A DNA stretch of 64,000 nucleotides, taken from an uncultured Candidatus Rokubacteria bacterium. GTDB taxonomy: Bacteria > Methylomirabilota > Methylomirabilia > Rokubacteriales > DASRDR01. Below, piece after piece: positions 56,672 through 64,000 of the stretch. The stretch covers positions 1 to 64,000 of the forward strand of contig CAWDVE010000009.1 in the NCBI GenBank assembly GCA_963805625.1, given 5' to 3'. The notes beneath the pieces were generated by a model. It was not told where the DNA came from. It saw nothing but the letters and a program-made list of their open reading frames with translations, and ran no database searches. The position numbers and the translations under genes are program-made. Position 1 is the first letter of the stretch. The number at the start of each line of letters is the position of its first letter.

Positions 56672-58353
56672 CAGGCTCTCCTCCGATCGAACTCCGGGCG
56701 CTGGCCCGTCCCGTACACGCGGAGCGCCCCCCGCTCGCCCACCGCGTTCGCTCGCTGGAAGATCCAGTTCTGCCACGCCGAGAGGCGCGCGAAGATCTTG
56801 CTCTCGACGGTCTCCGGTCCTCCGAATCTGAGCGAGGCCTCCATGCCGGTCAGGGCGTCCGGCGAGAATGCCGCGCGCTCCTCGATCGCGATCCGGACCT
56901 CGTCGTCCCAGTCGATGTCGTCGGGCGTGAACGTCACGAGCCCGGCGTCCGCCGCGGCGCGCGCGTCGAGGTCCTCGCCGATCCGCCGCTTCAACTCGTC
57001 GACCCGCTGGGGCTCTCCCAGGAACCGGCTCTGAAGACGCGTGAGCCCGTTGACCATCGGGTACGCCCCGAAGCTCGGCTCCCCCAGCCGAACCGTCGCC
57101 GGCCTGCCGATGGCGCCCTCCCGCGTGCCTTCCAGCATGTACGAGCGATCGGCGGCCAGCAGCAGCTCGAGGAGGCTCCCCGCGAAGCACGAGCCGGGCT
57201 CGACGAGCGCGAAGATGGACCGGGAAGACACGTCGAGGCGCTTCAGAACCCGCTTCCAGAAGAGCCGGATCTCCCGCACGAGCCAGTCGGCCTGGTGATC
57301 GGCCAGGATCCGGTCGTACGCCGTCACGAGATCCGCGCTCCCCGTCGTGCGGAACACCCAGACCCCGACCGCCTCCTCGTTGGCGCGGAGGTGGAGGATC
57401 AGATCGTCCAGCTCCCGCGCGAGCGCGAGCGGCCAGAAGGCGGCGCCCTGCGTCTGCAGTCCGGCCAGGTCGCCCGGCGGGGCGGCCGTCGGCGCCGCCA
57501 CCGCGATCTCCGCCACGCCCCGAGCCCGATCGACCGCGCAGGTGAGGTGGCCGTACGCGATCCGATCCCCCTCGATCGTCCGGTCGAGCGGCGATAGCGC
57601 GATTCCCCGCGCCGACGCGGGCCGGTCGCTCCGCTCCGCGATCTGCGCCGCGCGGGTCCGGGCTGCTTCGGCAAGCCGGGACCGTGAGACGACCTCGTCG
57701 ACCAGGCCCCACTCCACCGCCCGCTGACCCTTGATCCCTTCCTCGAGCGTGCAGAAGACGTCCGCCCGGTCCCGCCTGACGTGACGCTTGTCGATCAGAC
57801 GCGTGAGCCCGCCGGTGCCGGGCAGCACCGCGAGGAGGGGCACCTCGGGAAGCGACACGGCGGTGTTGCCGTCGTCCGCCATCACGATCCAGTCGGTCGC
57901 CAGGGCCAGCTCGAAGCCGCCGCCGGCGCAGGGCCCGTTCACGACGGTGAGGTAGCGCTGGCCGGAGAACGCGCTCGCCTCCTCCATCGCGTTCCGCGTC
58001 TCGTTCGTGAACTTGCAGAAGTTCACCTTCCAGCCGTGGCCGGACTGGCTCAGCATGCGGATGTTCGCCCCGGCGCAGAACACCCGCTCCTTGAGCGAGG
58101 TGAGGACCACGGCGCCGACCTCGGGGTGCTCGAACCGGAGCCGCTGAATGGCGTCGGCAAGCTCGATGTCGACGCCGAGGTCATAGGAGTTGAGCTTCAG
58201 CTCGTAGCCGGGCCGGAGCCCGCCGTCCTCCTGGACGTTCATCCCGAGCGTCGCCACGCGGCCCTCGACCGTCAGCTTCCAGTGCCGGTAGCGCGATGGA
58301 TCCGTCCGGAAGTCCACCGGGGTTGTCACCTGGGTCGCCGCGCGCTCCGTCAT
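56671..58353 (-). CDS. boxC: 2,3-epoxybenzoyl-CoA dihydrolase
   Basis: YRHWKL, YELKLNSYDLGVDIEL, KVNFCKFTNETRN, RLSAWQNWIF; tandem crotonase domains. Confidence 0.95.
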   Translation of the reverse strand: MTERAATQVTTPVDFRTDPSRYRHWKLTVEGRVATLGMNVQEDGGLRPGYELKLNSYDLGVDIELADAIQRLRFEHPEVGAVVLTSLKERVFCAGANIRMLSQSGHGWKVNFCKFTNETRNAMEEASAFSGQRYLTVVNGPCAGGGFELALATDWIVMADDGNTAVSLPEVPLLAVLPGTGGLTRLIDKRHVRRDRADVFCTLEEGIKGQRAVEWGLVDEVVSRSRLAEAARTRAAQIAERSDRPASARGIALSPLDRTIEGDRIAYGHLTCAVDRARGVAEIAVAAPTAAPPGDLAGLQTQGAAFWPLALARELDDLILHLRANEEAVGVWVFRTTGSADLVTAYDRILADHQADWLVREIRLFWKRVLKRLDVSSRSIFALVEPGSCFAGSLLELLLAADRSYMLEGTREGAIGRPATVRLGEPSFGAYPMVNGLTRLQSRFLGEPQRVDELKRRIGEDLDARAAADAGLVTFTPDDIDWDDEVRIAIEERAAFSPDALTGMEASLRFGGPETVESKIFARLSAWQNWIFQRANAVGERGALRVYGTGQRPEFDRRRA

Positions 58354-58373
58354 GCCAGTCTCTTCACGGACCG

Positions 58374-59411
58374 CTATCCCTCCTCCACGGCTCGTGCCGA
58401 CATCCCGGAGGGCCAGAGGCCCTCGAGAGGCAGCCCGGCCAGCTCCCGGAGGGCACGGGTGACGTACACCCGCGTCATGCGCTTCCGATAGTGATAGACG
58501 AGATCGGTGTTGTCGAGCGGCTTCGCCGGCCGGGCCGCGGCTTCGGCCGCCCGCGTGATGGCCTCCGGGCCGAACGGCTGCCCGACGAGCATGCGCGCGG
58601 CCTCGGGCACCTCGCGCGGCGTCGAGGCCACGGCCCCGAGGACGATCCGGGCGTCCCGGCAAACGCCCCCCTCGACGCGCACCGCCGCCGCGACGCCAAG
58701 CACCGGGAAGTCGAACGCCCCCCGTCTGCGAAGCTTCCAGTAGGTGGCGCGCCAGCCGTCGACCGGGGGCAGGCGGAGCTCGGTCACGATCTCGTCGGGA
58801 GCCTTGCCGAGGTACTCGATGCCGTCGTCCCGGAAGAGTCCCGCGACCGGAATCCGGCGCGCGCCCCCGGGGCCGACCAGGGTGGCCTCGGCGCCGAGCG
58901 CCCACAGGACCGGCGCCGTGTCGGAGGAGGAGACGGCCCAGCAGCGGGTGCTGCCGGGCGCCACCAGGCAGATGTCGCCGTCCTTCTTCATGCAGAAACC
59001 GATCGACCGGCGCCACTCGTAGGACTGGTTGTAGTAGTTGCAGCGCGTGTCGACGCAGACGTTGCCGCCGAGCGTCCCCATGTTGCGGAGCTGCGGCGTC
59101 GAGACCACGCCGGCCGCTCGCGCGAGGGCCGGGTAGCGGGCGGCCACCTCAGGGTGCTCCGCGACGCGGGTGAGCGTCGTGCCAGCGCCCACCACCAGAC
59201 CGTCCCGCGCGCTTCCCTGGATTCGCGCCAGCTCCCGGATCCCGCGGAGGCCCACCAGGACCCGCGGCTCCATCTGAAGACGCTTCATGTTGGGATAGAG
59301 GTCGGTGCCCCCGGCGACCACCGCGGCCTCGCGGCCGTGCTCGACGAGGAGCCCGACCGCCTCGGCCACGCTCCGCGGCGCGAAGTACCGGAAGGGCGGA
59401 AGCCGCATCAT
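58374..59411 (-). CDS. hcrB: 4-hydroxybenzoyl-CoA reductase-like FAD/[4Fe-4S] subunit
   Basis: AGGTDL, QLRNMGTLGGN, plus the Cys-rich insert TRCNYYNQS..W..FCMKKDGDIC..TRC characteristic of HcrB/HbaD. Confidence 0.88.
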   Translation of the reverse strand: MMRLPPFRYFAPRSVAEAVGLLVEHGREAAVVAGGTDLYPNMKRLQMEPRVLVGLRGIRELARIQGSARDGLVVGAGTTLTRVAEHPEVAARYPALARAAGVVSTPQLRNMGTLGGNVCVDTRCNYYNQSYEWRRSIGFCMKKDGDICLVAPGSTRCWAVSSSDTAPVLWALGAEATLVGPGGARRIPVAGLFRDDGIEYLGKAPDEIVTELRLPPVDGWRATYWKLRRRGAFDFPVLGVAAAVRVEGGVCRDARIVLGAVASTPREVPEAARMLVGQPFGPEAITRAAEAAARPAKPLDNTDLVYHYRKRMTRVYVTRALRELAGLPLEGLWPSGMSARAVEEG

Positions 59412-59511
59412 GGGTACGCCCCCCAGTCGGATACGGTCCTCAGCCTCTGGCGACCCCGCCCATTGATCGAACGGCCTTCAGCCGAGGGGGGACGCCGCTC
59501 TCGACAGCCCT

Positions 59512-61947
59512 TCACGGGTGGGAACGCTCCTTTCCGTGGACCACGCCGGCCGCGCGCCCGTCGGGGTCGATCCAGGGCGGCGGAACGCGGGTCGGATCCG
59601 GGAACTCGACGTGCGGGAGGCGCTCCGGCCCCACGCGCGGCGCCTTGCCCTGAGCTTTCCGGTCGAGCGCCTTCAGGATCTTCTCGGGCGTGATCGGCAC
59701 CTCGTCGATCCGCACGCCGATCGCGTCGTAGACCGCGTTGGCGACCGCCGGGATCACCGGGAGGAGGGGGCCCTGGCCCGCCTCCTTGGCGCCGAACGGT
59801 CCCTCGGGGTCCCGGGTCTCCACCAGGAGGGTCGTGATCTCCGGCGTCTCGAGCGTCGTCGGGCTCTTGTACTCGAGGAGCGACGGGATCTTGTGGAGCC
59901 CGTGGACGCGGAAGGCCGACTCCTCCATGAGGGCTTCCCCGAGCCCCATGTAGATCGAGCCCTCGACCTGGCCCTCCACAAGGAGCGGGTTGATCGCGGT
60001 CCCCCCGTCGTGGGCGATCCACACGTGGTCGACCCGGATGTCGCCGGTCTCCGGGTCGACCTCGAGCTCCACGGCGCAGGCCGAGTAGGAGTACGCGGGC
60101 GTCGGGCCGACCCCCGACCCCTTGAACTTGGCCGCGCGCCGGGGCGGCGTGTACGAGCCGGCGGCGACGAGCGTCCCGAAGGCCGCCTCCGCCAGCCGCG
60201 CCGCCTCGTCGAAGGCAAGCCCGCGAACCGGATCGTCCCGCAGGAAGATGCGCCGGTCTCGGGCCTCGAGGTCCTCGGGCGAGGCCTCGAGCTTCTTCGC
60301 GGCCGCGGCGAGAAGCTGCTCCCGGAGCTTCTCGGCCGCCTCGCGGGCCGCGTTGCCCGTCATCAGAGTCACCCGCGAGGAGTACGAGCCGAGGTCCACG
60401 GGGGTGAGATCCGTGTCGGCGGTGACGACCCGCACGTCCTCCGGCCGGACGCCCAGCACCTCGGCGACGACGTACGCCAAGACGGAGTCGGATCCCTGTC
60501 CGATGTCGGTGGAGCCGCAGAATGCCGCAACGCCGCCGCCGCGGTCGATCTTCACCATCACGCCCGAGTGCGGCATGTCGTTCCAGTAGATCGGGAGGCC
60601 CGCCCCGGACAGGTAGGCGGAGGCCGCAAACCCGATGCCGCGGCCCGAGGGCAGCTTCCGGAACTTCTCCCGCCAGCCCGACGCCTCCACCACGCGGTCG
60701 ATGCACTCCGGGAGACCGCACGTCGTCACGGTGAGGTGGTTCACCGTCTTCCCGTGCTCGGGCACGACGGTGCGCCGCCGCATTCTCGCCGGGTCGAGGC
60801 CGAGCTCCTCGGCGATCTTGTCGAGGTGAACCTCGAGGGCGAATCGGGGCTGGGGCGTGCCGTGGCCGCGCTTCGGGCCGCAGGGGGGCTTGTTCGTGAA
60901 GACGCGGCAGCCCTCGAACTTGTATCGGGCGATCCGGTAGGTCACGGTCTGGAGCGCGCCCGTGTAGAACGTCGACGCGACCCCATAGGAGCCGTACGCC
61001 CCCCCGTCGAGCCAGGTCCGGAAGTGGAGCGCCAGGATCTCGCCGTCCTTCCGCACCCCCGACCGCACCCACATCAGCACGGGATGGCGGCCCCGGTGGG
61101 TGTAGAAGACCTCCTCGCGCGTGAGCGTCGTCTTGACCGGGCGGCCCGTGAGCTGGGCCAGCCGCGCCACCGCCATCTCGTGGCTGAAGGGGTCGGACTT
61201 CCCGCCGAACCCGCCGCCGTTCGGGGTCGCGACGACGCGGATGTGGCTCATCGGGACCCCGAGGACCTTCCCGAGAGCCCGGTGGACGTAGTGCGGCGTC
61301 TGGGTCGAGGACCAGAGCGTCAACTTCCCGTCCGGCGTCCACTGGGCGACGGCCGCGTGCTGCTCCATCGGCAGGTGCGTGTTCCCCTCGAAGAAGAACA
61401 CGTCCTCGCGGACGAGATCGGCCTCGCGAAACCCCTCCTCGACGTCACCGAACTCGAGCGAGACCAGCTTGTGGATGTTGGGCCCGTCTCCGTACTCGTG
61501 GATCCGGTGAGCGCCCTCGCGGAGCGCGGCCTCGATCGACATGAGCGCATCGAGGGGCTCGTACTCGACGTCGATCATCCGCGCGGCGGCCTCCGCCGTC
61601 TCCTCGTCCACGGCGGCGACGGCCGCCACGGGGTCTCCCACGAAGCGCACCTTCTCGACGCAGAGCGGCTCCTCGTCCTGGCTCACGGGCATGATCCCGA
61701 AGCGGACCGGGGGAAAATCGCGCCCGGTGATGACCGCGTAGACGCCGGGCAGCGCGGCCGCGCGCGTCGTGTCGATCCGCCGGATGAGGGCGTGCGGGTG
61801 CTGGGCCCGGAGAAGCTTCGCGTACGCCATGCGCGGGAAGACGAGGTCGTCGGCGAAGCGCGTCTCGCCGGTCACCTTTGCCCAGGCGTCGACCTTGGGG
61901 AGCCGCTGACCGACGACGGAGAGGCGTCGCTCGCGCGGGCTACTCAC
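59512..61947 (-). CDS. hcrA: 4-hydroxybenzoyl-CoA reductase-like molybdopterin subunit
   Basis: STQTPHYVH, GGGFGGK, PCGPKRGHG, DIGQGS, DLGSYSSRVT, GQVEG, GPFGAKEAGQG. Confidence 0.85.
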   Translation of the reverse strand: MSSPRERRLSVVGQRLPKVDAWAKVTGETRFADDLVFPRMAYAKLLRAQHPHALIRRIDTTRAAALPGVYAVITGRDFPPVRFGIMPVSQDEEPLCVEKVRFVGDPVAAVAAVDEETAEAAARMIDVEYEPLDALMSIEAALREGAHRIHEYGDGPNIHKLVSLEFGDVEEGFREADLVREDVFFFEGNTHLPMEQHAAVAQWTPDGKLTLWSSTQTPHYVHRALGKVLGVPMSHIRVVATPNGGGFGGKSDPFSHEMAVARLAQLTGRPVKTTLTREEVFYTHRGRHPVLMWVRSGVRKDGEILALHFRTWLDGGAYGSYGVASTFYTGALQTVTYRIARYKFEGCRVFTNKPPCGPKRGHGTPQPRFALEVHLDKIAEELGLDPARMRRRTVVPEHGKTVNHLTVTTCGLPECIDRVVEASGWREKFRKLPSGRGIGFAASAYLSGAGLPIYWNDMPHSGVMVKIDRGGGVAAFCGSTDIGQGSDSVLAYVVAEVLGVRPEDVRVVTADTDLTPVDLGSYSSRVTLMTGNAAREAAEKLREQLLAAAAKKLEASPEDLEARDRRIFLRDDPVRGLAFDEAARLAEAAFGTLVAAGSYTPPRRAAKFKGSGVGPTPAYSYSACAVELEVDPETGDIRVDHVWIAHDGGTAINPLLVEGQVEGSIYMGLGEALMEESAFRVHGLHKIPSLLEYKSPTTLETPEITTLLVETRDPEGPFGAKEAGQGPLLPVIPAVANAVYDAIGVRIDEVPITPEKILKALDRKAQGKAPRVGPERLPHVEFPDPTRVPPPWIDPDGRAAGVVHGKERSHP

Positions 61948-62435
61948 GGGCGGCTCCCCGCGCCCTGGCCGGCCGTCCGGCCGGCGGCGAGCTCGACGGC
62001 ATCGAGGATCTTCGTGTACCCGGTGCAGCGGCAGAGATTCCCGGCGAGAGCGGCCCGGATCGCGTCGCGGTCGGGCCGTGGCGTGGCGTCCAGAAGGGCC
62101 CGGGCGGTGAGGAGGATCCCCGGCGTGCAGTACCCGCACTGCGCGGCCCCCAGCTCCGCGAAGGCCTGCTGGAGCGGGTCGAGCCGGCTCCCATCGGCGA
62201 GGCCCTCCACGGTCAGGATCGCCACATGTTGACACTCGATCGCGAGGGCAAGGCAGGAAAGAACCGGCTGGCCATCCACGAGCACTGTGCAGGTGCCGCA
62301 CTCCCCCAGCTCGCACCCGTGCTTGGTCCCCGGCAGCGCGAGGTCCTCGCGCAGCACCTCGAGGAGCGTCCGGTGCACCGGGACGGCGACCTCGCGACGC
62401 TCCCCGTTCACGGTCAGGGTCATGAGGCTTCGCAT
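61944..62435 (-). CDS. hcrC: 2x[2Fe-2S] subunit of a xanthine-oxidase-family enzyme
   Basis: GTKHGCELGECGTC, SCL, QCGYCTPG, NLCRCTGY. Confidence 0.9.
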   Translation of the reverse strand: MRSLMTLTVNGERREVAVPVHRTLLEVLREDLALPGTKHGCELGECGTCTVLVDGQPVLSCLALAIECQHVAILTVEGLADGSRLDPLQQAFAELGAAQCGYCTPGILLTARALLDATPRPDRDAIRAALAGNLCRCTGYTKILDAVELAAGRTAGQGAGSRP

Positions 62436-62457
62436 GACGCGCCCCCGGACGATTGGG

Positions 62458-62513
62458 ATTCAGGCTGAATGAAGTCTAATTAATGAATACTGAATATGGC
62501 AGGCAGCTGTCAA
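62458..62513 (-). promoter_or_regulatory. Promoter/operator region of the hcr-box operon
   Basis: AT-rich island; TTGACA at 62513-62508; perfect palindrome ATTCAG-G-CTGAAT at 62458-62470 plus further ATTCA half-sites. Confidence 0.6.
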
Positions 62514-62716
62514 CTCCCGGGCGCAGACCCGGGACTGGCGCTGATCGTAACAGGCGGAGCGAAGCCGGCCGTCCAACTGTGGGACGCTGGCCGTGCATGC
62601 GGCGCCCGCCCTCCGGGACAGACGTATAGTGGAAGTGTCCCGAACTCATCCCGCTCCCCGTCAGGTGCGGCCGAGCGCGCGGTGAAAAGCAAAGCAAGAG
62701 CTAGCAGCGCTCTCAT
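62510..62716 (-). pseudogene. Truncated gene start (signal-peptide-like) after ligJ
   Basis: GGAGG RBS and ATGA overlap with the ligJ stop; MRALLALALLFTA then non-protein-like sequence. Confidence 0.35.
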
Positions 62717-63702
62717 ATCCTCCACCTTGAATAGACCTTCTTGGCGTTGCCTTCGAAGATCTTCTCCTTCTCCGCCGCGCCGAGCCCGCTCGCGTCGATG
62801 TACTTCTTGGTGTCGTCGAAATACTGCCCGGTCTCCGGATCGATGCCGCGCACCGCGCCCACCATCTCAGAGGCGAACAGGATGTTGTCCACCGGGATCA
62901 CCTTCAGCAGCAGGTCGATGCCCGGCTGGTGGTAGACGCAGGTGTCGAAGTACACGTTCTTCAGCAGGTGCTCCTTCAGCGGCGGGCGCTTCATGTCCTG
63001 CGCCAGGCCGCGGTAGCGCCCCCAGTGGTAGGGCACCGCCCCGCCGCCGTGCGGGATGACGAACTTGAGCGCCGGGAAGTCCTTGAACAGATCGCCCTGG
63101 ATGAGCTGCATGAACGCCGTCGTGTCGGCGTTGATGTAGTGCGCGCCGGTGAAGTGGAAGGCCGGGTTGCACGAGGAGCTGACGTGCACCATCGTCGGCA
63201 CGTCCAGCTCGACCATCTTCTCGTAGACCGGGTACCACCACTTGTCGGTGAGCGGCACTTCCTTCCACCAGCCGCCGGAGGGATCGGGGTTCAGGTTGCA
63301 GCCGATGAAGCCCATCTGCTTCACGCAGCGCTCGAGCTCCTCGACGCAGTTCTTCGGCGAGACGCCCGGCGACTGCGGCAGCATGCACACCGGGGCGAAG
63401 TTCTTCGGGTAGAGCGTGCAGACGCGGTGAATCAGGTCGTTCTGCACGCGCGCCCACTGCGCGCTGATGGCGGCGTCGCCGACGTGGTGCTCCATCGACC
63501 CCGCGCGCGGCGAGAAGAAGGTGACGTCGCTACCCCTTTCTCTTTGCAGCTTCAATTGATTCGCTTCGAGACTGTCGCGAATCTGGTCGTCGGAGATCTT
63601 CGGACCCTTCGGATCGGGCTTCTCGTTACCCACCTGGGCCTTGCGCCAATCCCACAAGGGCTGCGGCGCGGTCGTGTAGTGGCCGTGGCAGTCGACGATC
63701 AT
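62713..63702 (-). CDS. ligJ: 4-oxalomesaconate hydratase-like amidohydrolase
   Basis: MIVDCHGHYTTAP, LPQSPG, NLNPDPSGG, HYINADTTAFMQ, PHGGGAVPYHWGRYRG, FASEMVGAVRGIDP. Confidence 0.9.
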   Translation of the reverse strand: MIVDCHGHYTTAPQPLWDWRKAQVGNEKPDPKGPKISDDQIRDSLEANQLKLQRERGSDVTFFSPRAGSMEHHVGDAAISAQWARVQNDLIHRVCTLYPKNFAPVCMLPQSPGVSPKNCVEELERCVKQMGFIGCNLNPDPSGGWWKEVPLTDKWWYPVYEKMVELDVPTMVHVSSSCNPAFHFTGAHYINADTTAFMQLIQGDLFKDFPALKFVIPHGGGAVPYHWGRYRGLAQDMKRPPLKEHLLKNVYFDTCVYHQPGIDLLLKVIPVDNILFASEMVGAVRGIDPETGQYFDDTKKYIDASGLGAAEKEKIFEGNAKKVYSRWRI

Positions 63703-64000
63703 CGGAGCAGCTCCTCCACCTTGAAGCGCCGCGGAATCATGCCCTGCCGGAACGTGCAGTCGATCGCCACCTCGAGGTTGCGCCGGTTCTCCTCGAGGCC
63801 GAACGGATTCATCTCGGGATCACCCGCCGCATGCCTGCTTTCTTTCAACAATGAAAAGACTTCCTGAGCCTGAGAATCCGAAACCGTATTCTTGACCGTC
63901 ACCATGTGGTTAATCTGGATCGCCCGGTTCGTCGCCTTCCACGCCGCCGCGGCGGCCGCCGGATCGGGGATCAGAGTCTTCAGCGGCCCCTCCTTCGGCG
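63699..64000 (-). CDS. C-terminal part of a 4,5-dihydroxyphthalate decarboxylase-like protein (partial)
   Basis: ..IQINHMVTVK..PFGLEENRRNLEVAID..QGMIPRRFKVEELL*; frame open to the window edge; ATGA-coupled to ligJ. Confidence 0.6.
   Translation of the reverse strand, partial: PKEGPLKTLIPDPAAAAAAWKATNRAIQINHMVTVKNTVSDSQAQEVFSLLKESRHAAGDPEMNPFGLEENRRNLEVAIDCTFRQGMIPRRFKVEELLR

Noticed and set aside
55259-62316. Long N-terminal extensions on boxB (817 aa), boxC (781 aa) and hcrA (934 aa) in the ORF track
   Set aside because: They overlap upstream genes out of frame; true starts are 56671, 58353 and 61947

Overview
Very GC-rich (roughly 70% by eye), gene-dense bacterial DNA with almost every gene on the minus strand. 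Gene style suggests an uncultured soil lineage such as Ca. Rokubacteria (inference only). Contents: (i) an acyl-CoA/B12 block (ETF, three acyl-CoA dehydrogenases, a split acyl-CoA mutase with isobutyryl-CoA-mutase-type residues, 3-hydroxybutyryl-CoA dehydrogenase); (ii) a Liv-type ABC transporter translationally coupled to a six-GAF hybrid histidine kinase, followed by trpD; (iii) a sugar-type ABC permease/binding protein with SDR, MaoC, CoA-transferase and dehydrogenase genes; (iv) a single-chain UvrD-PD-(D/E)XK helicase-nuclease, ilvE, a truncated mrr and ttuAB; (v) an aromatic catabolic operon joining 4-hydroxybenzoyl-CoA-reductase-like hcrCAB (normally anaerobic) to boxCB (O2-dependent benzoyl-CoA epoxidase route), with no boxA in the window and a Glu->Gln change at the Mo site; (vi) a ligJ segment at the right edge. 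The two strongest candidates for new biology are the hcr-box hybrid operon and a window-wide pattern of tiny ORFs that bridge intergenic gaps through exact NTGA stop/start overlaps, sometimes in chains of two or three, alongside internally collapsed gene remnants. No rRNA, tRNA, CRISPR array or transposase was seen. Family assignments come from motif recognition; no database searches were run.
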